Positions 46,907-55,826 of a stretch of 64,000 bases of DNA are shown here, piece after piece. The stretch is from a virus: positions 24,475-88,474 of IMG/VR virus record IMGVR_UViG_3300033990_000306. One strand, 5' to 3'. Every line of letters starts with the position of its first letter. The first letter of the stretch is position 1. Under the pieces are notes generated by a model, which was not told where the DNA came from, ran no database searches, and saw only the letters and a list, made by a program, of their open reading frames with translations. Made by a program: the position numbers and the translations under genes.

Positions 46907-47745
46907 AAAAAATGGAGAAAAAAGTAGAGGAAATAAAAGTTAGTTGGAGAGAGCCATTGGTTATAAAGGACAACGTAGACCCGCTTATTCCTGATAGGTT
47001 GCTGAAAATAATGAACACGGAAGTAGCAGTAGTTTACCAAGCCAATACTGGTATAGGAAAGACTACAAGTATAATTAATTATTCAGCAAAGAATAATTAC
47101 AGTATATTTGTACAAGAGTGTAGCAACGATATGTTGGCGAGTGACCTTACAGGAAAATGGGGAATACAGAATGGTGATACAGTTTATTTGGCTTCAGAAA
47201 TAACTTCCGCTTTTAGACTGTCTTATCAATATGGAGAAGAGTATAAAAGTTTGTCTCCAGAAGACCAAGCTAAGACTCCCAAGAAGATGGTGATGTTGCT
47301 ACTGGACGAGTTTAACTTATTGCCTCCAGCAGTAATGAAGGGAATAGGAAGCGTCTTTGACACAAGGAAGTATATTAATACTGACGTTGGGAGAGTATAT
47401 GCTAATAGTGACCACTTGATAATAGTGGGTACTATGAATGCTGAAACTGATAGTGCAGGATTTGCTTTGGACCCAGCAATAAGGAGTAAATTTATTATTG
47501 TGACAGTTTCGGTTGAGGACGTTATTAACACTATAGCAAAAACTTATTCACTCCCAAATGAATTGGTTGAGCTAGTAAAGCGTTCGAATACTTTGTTTTC
47601 TATAAGGGAGATAGAGCAACTTGTTCTTCTTTCAGTAGAAAAAGGGTTTAGTGTTAGAGAGTCATTAGACATTCTATTGGGGAAGTATGAGGAAGAGCAG
47701 AGAAAGTACTTGAATAATTTAATAACTTCGTTGAAGGTGGCATAA
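46903..47745 (+). CDS. MoxR/CbbQ-like AAA+ ATPase
   Basis: ANTGIGKT Walker A, DLTG, LLLDEFN Walker B, GTMN sensor, LDPAIRSKF, SIRE. Confidence 0.85.
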   Translation: MKKMEKKVEEIKVSWREPLVIKDNVDPLIPDRLLKIMNTEVAVVYQANTGIGKTTSIINYSAKNNYSIFVQECSNDMLASDLTGKWGIQNGDTVYLASEITSAFRLSYQYGEEYKSLSPEDQAKTPKKMVMLLLDEFNLLPPAVMKGIGSVFDTRKYINTDVGRVYANSDHLIIVGTMNAETDSAGFALDPAIRSKFIIVTVSVEDVINTIAKTYSLPNELVELVKRSNTLFSIREIEQLVLLSVEKGFSVRESLDILLGKYEEEQRKYLNNLITSLKVA

Positions 47746-49614
47746 GTGGAAAAACCAGAATTAGTTATAGGGCAGTTTTGGAATAATGTAATATATGATA
47801 ATTACGGGTTTAGTACTTATATTACGTTTGGCAAAATGACTCATACTTCATTGCTGAACGAAAAAAGTGGAAAGAGTTTTACTATTACAATAGCTGAGCA
47901 GTCTAAACTTTATACTTCTGAACACAAGAGGCAACTGTTTCTATTTTTCCACGAGGTAGGGCATTTAAGTCTTAACAGTTTTAAAATGGACAAAATATTT
48001 CTTGATAAATTTAACCCAGCAGATAGTTTAGCAAGGGATGACATTTTGTTGGGTGTTAATGCCATTGACGACATAATAATAAATTTTGCCATTCCTAGAA
48101 CGTTCATAGGGTTGGAACAGGAAGTTAGAGCTTTTATAGAGGACAATGCTAAAATTCTGAAAATTGACGAAGAAGAAATATTAAAAGCGGCAAAGGGTAA
48201 AATATTAGACCCGAAGTCTTTGGCTGTGTTAGTAGTATTTTCAACCTTAGACCGACTGTTGGGGCTAGGGCTTATTAGAGGGGAGTTAGATAAATATGTT
48301 GGTGAATTTTTTACTGCATTTAACAAACTTCGTTCAGTAGCTGGGTTTGATTTTACTGCTCTTTATGAGAAAGGTCATAAGTTTAATACAACAATTTATA
48401 TGGAAGCATACGAAAATGTTTTGAATACTTTTATAAAGATTGCTGTTGAGTTAAGAAAAAACATTCCAGTAATAAAGGTTCAAACAGAAGGTGTTGGAGA
48501 AAGTGGAGAAGAAGATGATGAGTCTGGAGGTCAAGGTTCTTCACCAAAAGGCGGTAAAAAAGAATCAAAACCTCAGAAGCAGGGTAGTTCTTCTTCTGAA
48601 GCAGAAGAGTCAAAAGAAGAAAAGGAAGAGCAAAAAGCAAAAAAAGGAAAGTCAGGTAAATCTAAAAAAGAAGGAGAAGAAGGAGAAGAGCCGATTACAG
48701 GCTCAAGTGATAGTGTAATAACTCAAGAAGTAGAAATTACATTGACTGACGAGGAAATTAAAGAAATGGCTTCAGAAATTGAAAAGCAAAAAAAGCAACA
48801 TTCTTCTACTGTAGCTAAACCTAGAAAACTTACTATGACAGCTTTAGTGAATAATGCTGATAAAATTTTCGAGAATAAAAGTTATTTGCCATTCTTCAAG
48901 AAAGCGTTAGAGGAAGCGATGAGAGGACTGAGTAAGAAGTTTAATGATGAGAAAGGGAATTTGGTAGTTAGTAAATATGTTCAGGCTTTGAAAGGAGGAA
49001 CGCCAAATATTTTCAAAAGAGCAACAGAACAAAGTGTAGAAAATTCTAAATGGATGTTTGTTATTGACGTGAGTGGGTCAACATTGAGTAGAACTATTCC
49101 TAACTATCCTGACATTACAGTTAGAGCAGAAATAGAAATTGCAAAAACTTTCATAAACCTATTGCCAACTTCGTCTAAATTTTATATGGCGAGATTTGCT
49201 GAACAGTATCAAATTTTGTCTGAGGGGTTTGTTAATAGAAATACTGCTAAAATGTTTCTAGCACAATGCTTGGAGTATGACAGGAGCATAGATGGTACTG
49301 ATACTATTTGGGGAGAAGATATGGTGAAAGAAATGTATGATAAAGCAAAAGAGAAAGTACAGGTAGTTGTATTTACTGACGGACTTGTTGAATTTGAAAA
49401 TGAGAAAGCAAAAAATTTGGCTATTAGATTGTTTAGTGAAATAAATTACAAGCCAATATTGTTCTTCTTCGGGAAAGACTTTATGGAGTATGCTAGTGGA
49501 ATAAGTGAGAAAGCACACTTAAGAACTGACATAGATTTTAATGCTATAGTTGACGGACAGAAAGCTAACAAGAATTTGTTAAAGTATTTGACTTCTATTT
49601 TCCGGAGGTACTGA
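47746..49614 (+). CDS. metallopeptidase-like (HExxH) plus acidic linker plus vWA domain protein (MoxR partner)
   Basis: FFHEVGH, NAIDD..IN, low-complexity E/S/K linker, VIDVSGS MIDAS, GT, VFTDG. Confidence 0.85.
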   Translation: MEKPELVIGQFWNNVIYDNYGFSTYITFGKMTHTSLLNEKSGKSFTITIAEQSKLYTSEHKRQLFLFFHEVGHLSLNSFKMDKIFLDKFNPADSLARDDILLGVNAIDDIIINFAIPRTFIGLEQEVRAFIEDNAKILKIDEEEILKAAKGKILDPKSLAVLVVFSTLDRLLGLGLIRGELDKYVGEFFTAFNKLRSVAGFDFTALYEKGHKFNTTIYMEAYENVLNTFIKIAVELRKNIPVIKVQTEGVGESGEEDDESGGQGSSPKGGKKESKPQKQGSSSSEAEESKEEKEEQKAKKGKSGKSKKEGEEGEEPITGSSDSVITQEVEITLTDEEIKEMASEIEKQKKQHSSTVAKPRKLTMTALVNNADKIFENKSYLPFFKKALEEAMRGLSKKFNDEKGNLVVSKYVQALKGGTPNIFKRATEQSVENSKWMFVIDVSGSTLSRTIPNYPDITVRAEIEIAKTFINLLPTSSKFYMARFAEQYQILSEGFVNRNTAKMFLAQCLEYDRSIDGTDTIWGEDMVKEMYDKAKEKVQVVVFTDGLVEFENEKAKNLAIRLFSEINYKPILFFFGKDFMEYASGISEKAHLRTDIDFNAIVDGQKANKNLLKYLTSIFRRY

Positions 49615-49615
49615 A

Positions 49616-50071
49616 ATGGGTATATTGCTTAAAGACGCTTGGAAATTGGCTAAGAAGGAAGAAAAATCTAAACCAGCAACTCCAGTACCAGCCTCTAATG
49701 AAGCTTCTACTTGGAATACACTCAAATTGCCTGTTGGTAAACAAGTATACAATAGCGAGGAGTTAAACAATTACATTACAAAACTACAAAAATCAAAGCT
49801 AACACATATCAGAGTGCCAATAGATACAAACTTAAAAACTTTCGGTATGGGAATAAATTATTCGGCTTCTCTAATAATTACTAATGGAACTGAATATGCT
49901 TCAGTAATAGTATTTCAGAAATTGTATTTTGTTTCATATTCGGTTTTAGTAGGGAGAGGGTTACTTTCTCAATATCCCCCTTCACAGATTGAGAAAATGA
50001 GTGTAGTAGAAATAAAAGAGAGGAGTACTAAAGACCATAAGAGAACGTATAATATTATTGTAGGAAGGTAA
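49616..50071 (+). CDS. hypothetical protein
   Basis: GGAGG RBS; N-terminus MGILLKDAWKL resembles the shared tag. Confidence 0.55.
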   Translation: MGILLKDAWKLAKKEEKSKPATPVPASNEASTWNTLKLPVGKQVYNSEELNNYITKLQKSKLTHIRVPIDTNLKTFGMGINYSASLIITNGTEYASVIVFQKLYFVSYSVLVGRGLLSQYPPSQIEKMSVVEIKERSTKDHKRTYNIIVGR

Positions 50072-50075
50072 TATT

Positions 50076-50291
50076 GTGAACAAAGAATTAAAGAATAAGG
50101 TATTTATGTTTATAGTAGCAAACAAAAGTAGAAAGGTGTGGACAGCAAAATCATTGTCAAAGAGGTTGGAGATTAATGGAATTTCTATAGCTTGTGCTAT
50201 GTCGGAGTTGGCTAAGGACAATCTTGTTGTTATTGACACTAGTAGAAGAATATACCGTTATTCTTTAAGTGAGGAGGTGTTTAAGAATTGA
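50076..50291 (+). CDS. winged-helix DNA-binding protein
   Basis: WTAKSLSKRL.I....I..A.SEL....LV.......YRY.L pattern. Confidence 0.65.
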   Translation: MNKELKNKVFMFIVANKSRKVWTAKSLSKRLEINGISIACAMSELAKDNLVVIDTSRRIYRYSLSEEVFKN

Positions 50292-50767
50292 GTAATTTGC
50301 TTGAGAGAGGGAAAGAAGTAGTAATTAAAAAACCGGAAAATGTTGTGGAAGACTATAAAGAGCCAGAGGTAGAAACTCTAGGAGGTTGGACTGTTAAAAA
50401 TTTAAGTGAGGAAAATTTGTTTCTTGAAGAGTTTTTGCATAGGCAGTTTCCTGATTATATTTATGTAGAAAACCCTAATATACCAATACCTTTAAATGTT
50501 GGTAAAATGTTACTAAACACAAAAGAAACTATTGTAACTTATGAAACAGGTGTTTTTTCATATAGCAATTATCGAATTAGTTTAGCATTTTCTAGTATTA
50601 AGGTAGTAGTAACTGTAAATGCTAATGTATTATTTTCGGAAGTTTTTAGAAACAAATTTACAAAAGAAGGCTTAAAATACTATGCAGAAAACGGGTATAA
50701 ATTATTTATAGAGCCTGCTAAAACTAAATATATTCCTTCGGTAGAATATCAATTAATAATTAAGTAA
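50288..50767 (+). CDS. hypothetical protein with MSNLLERGKE N-terminal tag
   Basis: TTG start with GAGGAGGTG RBS. Confidence 0.6.
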   Translation: MSNLLERGKEVVIKKPENVVEDYKEPEVETLGGWTVKNLSEENLFLEEFLHRQFPDYIYVENPNIPIPLNVGKMLLNTKETIVTYETGVFSYSNYRISLAFSSIKVVVTVNANVLFSEVFRNKFTKEGLKYYAENGYKLFIEPAKTKYIPSVEYQLIIK

Positions 50768-50777
50768 AGGTGAAATA

Positions 50778-51080
50778 ATGGCAAAAAGTATTACAGAGAA
50801 AATGAAGGACTTGAGAGAAAGTTTCGGAAATAAATGTAATATTTGCGGAAGTAAAAATAATTTACAATTTGCCCATATTAAAGTAACTTCTGTATTAGGC
50901 AATGGGAGAGGAATGAAGAAACGGTATTATGACATAGTTAAGAACAGAGACAGTTATGTATTGCTTTGCGAAAAGTGTCATTATAAGTTTGACCGCAAAA
51001 ATCATATGTGGAAAAACAAAAATACAAATAGAGAATATAAATATAGCTTCGAGAGGTTTAAAAATGAGTTCAGACTATGA
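50778..51080 (+). CDS. HNH-like zinc-binding endonuclease
   Basis: CNICG...NLQFAHI...LLCEKCH..FD. Confidence 0.7.
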   Translation: MAKSITEKMKDLRESFGNKCNICGSKNNLQFAHIKVTSVLGNGRGMKKRYYDIVKNRDSYVLLCEKCHYKFDRKNHMWKNKNTNREYKYSFERFKNEFRL

Positions 51081-51471
51081 AAAGCACGTATACGGGTCAG
51101 CCCCAAGAACAAATAAAGACTGGAGTAAAGCAAACCCCCACAAACTAAAGCTAACTTCAATACCAGAAAATAGAGTGTGTGGGTTTTGTGATACGGTTAA
51201 GGATTATGTATTTGCTCTTAGTGATGTAGTAGTATGCTATAAGTGTGCTAACGAAATATTAGAAAGGAAAGACATTCAGTATGGTATTAAGCCATATAAA
51301 GGTACACCAATGGACCCGATGTTTTGTGCAAGATGTGGAAATGATGTTGTTGAGGGAGTAAGTTTAAACATAAGACTCTGTAATGAGTGTATAACTAAAG
51401 CTGGGAAATTTGAATTGCGTTGGAGAGGGAGAAGAATAAGAAGAGCGAGTGGAGCTAGGAAGGTGGCTTAA
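51064..51471 (+). CDS. multi-CxxC zinc-finger protein
   Basis: CGFC, CYKC, CARC, CNEC; ATG 51064 with GAGG RBS. Confidence 0.65.
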   Translation: MSSDYEKHVYGSAPRTNKDWSKANPHKLKLTSIPENRVCGFCDTVKDYVFALSDVVVCYKCANEILERKDIQYGIKPYKGTPMDPMFCARCGNDVVEGVSLNIRLCNECITKAGKFELRWRGRRIRRASGARKVA

Positions 51472-51849
51472 ATGAATAAAACTTTGCTTTATAAGTTTTC
51501 TGAGCAATTCTCTAAGTACAAAGAAGAGAAGAAAGCTATAAGGAATTTTGCAATGGAAAAATTCGGTCTTGTTTTCTCTAACAGTATTAGAAGTATAGAC
51601 TGGAGTATTAATGATTGGTATATTGCAGAAAATGATTCAGTAATGATGATGAAGTTTTCAAAAGAAAACGGTAGAATTATTTCTGAGGAAATGACCTTTG
51701 AGGCATTTAGTAAAAATGACTTTGAAGCCTACTATAACTTTCATAAAGAGAAGTTAACCAGCCTTACGACCATTTACTCACCTAAAGCTCAACATACCCC
51801 TAAAATGAATTATAAATTGGAGGCGAATAATAATGGGAAAACAAATTGA
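51472..51849 (+). CDS. hypothetical protein
   Basis: Translationally coupled ORF. Confidence 0.5.
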   Translation: MNKTLLYKFSEQFSKYKEEKKAIRNFAMEKFGLVFSNSIRSIDWSINDWYIAENDSVMMMKFSKENGRIISEEMTFEAFSKNDFEAYYNFHKEKLTSLTTIYSPKAQHTPKMNYKLEANNNGKTN

Positions 51850-52303
51850 AGAAGAAGTAAGAAATATAACAAACGTAGACTACGGGCATTTTTTGCCCAA
51901 CTATAGCGGAAAATGTAACCACCTGCATTACCACACAAGCTGGAATATAGGTGTTACACTAAAAGGAGAAATTATAGCTGGAGAGAGAATGCTCATAGAC
52001 TTTGGTGACGTAAAGAGAATTGTAAAAGAAGCAGTAAATTTTATAGACCACAAAATGATAGTGCCAATGTCTGCCTACAAAGAAACAACAAAAGACGGGC
52101 GAATTAAAGCCGAGTACGAAAACAGAACACTAATACTACCAATAGAGGAAGTAGCATTGTTTGACAAAGACAGTACCGCAGAAAACATAGCAGACTACTT
52201 GGCAGGGCAAATTCTAACTCAACTCCCACTAAACATAAACTCCGTAACAATACACTTTAGCGAAGGAGTAAACAACTACATAAGTGCGGAGGCTGTCAGG
52301 TAA
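51833..52303 (+). CDS. queD: 6-carboxy-5,6,7,8-tetrahydropterin synthase
   Basis: HFLPNYSGKCNHLHYH, LIDFGDVK, DHK, STAENIA. Confidence 0.88.
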   Translation: MGKQIEEEVRNITNVDYGHFLPNYSGKCNHLHYHTSWNIGVTLKGEIIAGERMLIDFGDVKRIVKEAVNFIDHKMIVPMSAYKETTKDGRIKAEYENRTLILPIEEVALFDKDSTAENIADYLAGQILTQLPLNINSVTIHFSEGVNNYISAEAVR

Positions 52304-52600
52304 TGAAGTTATTCTCACTTCCTAAAGCGGAGGAAGCATATAGTATTTTTATGAGAATGCAGAGATTGAAAGAGGAGTTTAGTAGGTTGGAGAGAGAGCT
52401 TAATAAGGTTATTATAACGTTTTCTCCTCAAGATATGGAAGAGTACTTAAAGAAAAAGAAAGGGGTCAGGTAAATGGTGGACTGGAGATTAGAGTTGGGT
52501 GCTATAAAGAAATTGCTTGCTAATGAGGAAATTACACTAGACCAGTATATGGCTAGTATGGAGATAATATTACAGCATATGGTGGAGGACAACAATTAAT

Positions 52601-52954
52601 ATGTTAGACAAATTTGTGAAAGTGTATAAAGTGTACCAGACTATGACACTTAATGAAGTTTCTGACAAACGTATAATAGGAGACTTTACAGTATTAGGAA
52701 ATACGCTTGGGCTTGACAGTACTTATACAGTTAAAATTAAAGGTACTACTTCTAAAAACTTTATGAGAATAGGTTATTTCATAGACGAAGCTAAGCCTCA
52801 AAATAAGCCAATAGCAAGAATAATATATGACAGTTATGGTCTAATTATTCATATACGAAAACACCTGTTAACACCAGAAGTTGTAGAAAGACTAAAACTC
52901 TGGGCTGGAAATAATTTAGTAGAAGGAAGATGGAGTAAGTCAAATGTTAAGTAA
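52601..52954 (+). CDS. hypothetical protein
   Basis: GGAGG RBS. Confidence 0.5.
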   Translation: MLDKFVKVYKVYQTMTLNEVSDKRIIGDFTVLGNTLGLDSTYTVKIKGTTSKNFMRIGYFIDEAKPQNKPIARIIYDSYGLIIHIRKHLLTPEVVERLKLWAGNNLVEGRWSKSNVK

Positions 52955-53801
52955 ACATACTTCAAATTTGCCTAGTTATTCTTTGGACTCACCAATAGTT
53001 TACCAGCTTGAAATAGTAGGAGGTACTTGTAACTTGAAGTGTCCTGTTTGCCCTGTAACAGAAAATAAAACAGACAGGGTAAATAACTACTTTAGTCTAG
53101 CTACACTTGACAAGCTAATAAATGAAGACGCTTTTAAAAACACTTTCTACTTAGAACTACAAATGTATGGAGAACCAACAATGCATAGAAACTTTGACGA
53201 AATAGTAAGCAAACTGAAAACTACTGGGGTCAAACTTGGGCTAAGCACTAACGCTACAATATGGAGAGAGGGCTTTAAACAATTAGACTTTATAACTATT
53301 TCCGCAGACAGCCGAATTTACAGGGTTGGGCGAAATGAAGAACACTTCTGGAAAGTAGTTGACAAAATAATAAATGAAACTAACGCTCATATTGATTTGC
53401 AGGTCATAGAAATTAACGACTGGGAAAAGCAGGTAAAATTGCTGGAGGAAAAATATAAAGACAAAAGCAACGTGTTAATAAGAACAATAGGGGACAACTT
53501 CGGAGACACGGGAAGACACCCGTTAGCTAATGATGTTTGTATTAACCCATTCATTAGTGTGAGTGTAGATAGTGACGGAGACGTAGTTCCTTGTTGCTTT
53601 ATGAATAATAAAGAGTATGTCTATGGTAATATTAATACTAACAGTCTGAAAGAAATTTGGGAAGGGCAACTTCATAAAGACTTCGTAGAAAGTTGGTTAA
53701 GCGGAAATATTATTGAGAAGTGTAAAAATTGTAGAATGAGGAGTCCACAGTTATTACATTATAGGTTTGCCGTAGAATGGGAAAGGAGAGGGTGGTTGTA
53801 A
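52944..53801 (+). CDS. radical SAM protein with C-terminal SPASM/Twitch domain
   Basis: CNLKCPVC, YGEPT.H, STNA; CINPF..V.V..DGDVVPCC...GNI...SL.EIW...CKNC. Confidence 0.88.
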   Translation: MLSKHTSNLPSYSLDSPIVYQLEIVGGTCNLKCPVCPVTENKTDRVNNYFSLATLDKLINEDAFKNTFYLELQMYGEPTMHRNFDEIVSKLKTTGVKLGLSTNATIWREGFKQLDFITISADSRIYRVGRNEEHFWKVVDKIINETNAHIDLQVIEINDWEKQVKLLEEKYKDKSNVLIRTIGDNFGDTGRHPLANDVCINPFISVSVDSDGDVVPCCFMNNKEYVYGNINTNSLKEIWEGQLHKDFVESWLSGNIIEKCKNCRMRSPQLLHYRFAVEWERRGWL

Positions 53802-54787
53802 TGATAACAAAATATTCCAGAATACCGCATATAGATAGTGATGAAGTAGTAAGAGTAATTAAAAGTCTAGAGACAAATAAGTATGTTATAGAAGAGAAAG
53901 TAGATGGCTCTCAATTTAGAATTTATGTTAGTGAAAATGGAGAACCTACTTTCGGCAGTCACGGAGTAGACTTTCAGGAATTAGAAGGCAATTATGTGTT
54001 TGGAGAGAAATACCAGAAAGTAGAAAGTATGTTTTCTCTTGCAATAAAGAGAGGACTTGAAGTTGCTGAAAGGTGGAAGACTGACCACAAGGGAGAGAGC
54101 TTAATGCTATTCTGTGAATTTATGCACTCAGAAAGGGAAAACACATTGCTATATGAAAGAGTACCTAAAAATAATCTCTATTTGTTTGACGCTAAAATAA
54201 ATGGAGAGTTAGTTAAGGAAGAAGAGAAACTAATTAACTTGGCGAACTACCTAGAGCTAGAGCCAGTTAATGTTTATGCTATACTTGACCACTTTCCTAC
54301 AATCGAAGAAGCACACTCTTACTATACTAAGCCAAGCTGTCTGGGAGGGATAATAGAAGGGGTAGTAATAAAGAATAGAGAGGCTATGGTTGAACGTTAT
54401 GGCAACATTACTTTCTTTGCTATGAAGGCGGTCAATACCAGCTTTACACAGTTAAATAAAGAAACTTGGAGAAAAGAAAGAAAAGCTGGAATAAGAAGTA
54501 TTGACGACTTAATAGACTTTCTGTTTGAAAAAGTGGACAAACAAACTATTTGGGCTCATACTTACGCCCACACTAAAGAGGAGGGCAACCTTACTGGGCA
54601 AATGAGAGATATGGTCGAGTTAATAAAAACATTTGAAAAAGACTTTGAAGAAGACTATCGTGAAACAGTAAGCAAACTACTCTATGAGAGCCTCAAAAGC
54701 AAAATAATAAAACAGGGGCTAAGAGGACTGGCAGAGTGGTACAAAGACAAACTAATAGAAAACTTGGGCAACTCGCTAAACTCTTAA
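53801..54787 (+). CDS. ATP-dependent RNA ligase (Rnl2-like)
   Basis: KY.RI.H, EEKVDGSQFR (motif I KxDG), FCEF, YLFD, EGVVIK, MKAV. Confidence 0.8.
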   Translation: MITKYSRIPHIDSDEVVRVIKSLETNKYVIEEKVDGSQFRIYVSENGEPTFGSHGVDFQELEGNYVFGEKYQKVESMFSLAIKRGLEVAERWKTDHKGESLMLFCEFMHSERENTLLYERVPKNNLYLFDAKINGELVKEEEKLINLANYLELEPVNVYAILDHFPTIEEAHSYYTKPSCLGGIIEGVVIKNREAMVERYGNITFFAMKAVNTSFTQLNKETWRKERKAGIRSIDDLIDFLFEKVDKQTIWAHTYAHTKEEGNLTGQMRDMVELIKTFEKDFEEDYRETVSKLLYESLKSKIIKQGLRGLAEWYKDKLIENLGNSLNS

Positions 54788-54919
54788 ATACTCTTTTCTT
54801 ATAACAAGGACAGAGCAAGGAGTATTATATTATTATTATACTATAGCTATAGAATAAATATAGTATAGTATAATATTAGCTTAAGCTTATTATAAGTATA
54901 CTGTACAAAAGGTGAGAAA

Positions 54920-55826
54920 ATGGAAGAAGTTTGGTTGTATAGAAACACAGAGAATTTGAGAATGTACGTGCCCGTTCTAAATACTACTGTGGTCTTAAGT
55001 AAAGACTTACATAGTATAGACATTATGGAAATAAAGGCTGGGCAAATTGAAGAGCGGGAGCCTGACGAAAAACTGAATGTGAGCGAAAAGTATATAAACT
55101 TGTTAAAAAGTTATGACTACTTGAGCGAGTCTGTAAGAAAGAGGTCTTACGACATATTGAGGAGGGCTGATGAAAAATGGAAAGTGAAGGTGTAGAGGGA
55201 GCAATAGGAATTGTAGCATTGGTGTTGGGGGTTATTGGGTTGACTATATTAATATTGGCGGTGATATGAATTGGACTCCGATGGAACTTTTGCGTTGATA
55301 GTTATATTTGTAGCTATACTGGTGAATGTCCTATATGAATATTTTGTTGTATATGGACTAATTAAGTATGCTATGAATTTCGCCCTTATTGGAGAAGGTT
55401 GGGTAGTTGTAGTGTTAATAGTGCCCATATTCTTTGTTATTGTAGGAGGAATATATTTAGCTTTCTTTAGTATAATTGGAGTAGTAGCTTTATTTAGCTA
55501 AGTAGAACAATATGAAAATATTGCCCGAAGAGGAGGTAGAGGAGAGGTATAGTAGAATGGAAAAAGTAAGACAATATTTATTATCTTTTCTCCCAGTTAA
55601 AGGTTGGAAGGTGTCTATTGAGGTGGAAAAGGAGTTAGGAATAATACATATAGTGTTTATTATGACAGAGAAAGAGAAAAATTCGACTCAAAGTAGAATA
55701 ATAAGTGAAAGGTTTGTGAATGATATAATGGAAATTGTTTGTAAGGACTTTCACTTGAAACCACTTGGGAAGAGTTTTCCAGTATTTTTGGCTAACACAA
55801 TAAGGTATGATGTGATGATTGAATGA
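54920..55826 (+). other. three small hypothetical genes (54920, 55271 membrane protein, 55512)
   Basis: ORF track; GGTGA RBS before 54920 and 55271; two TM helices in 55271. Confidence 0.5.
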
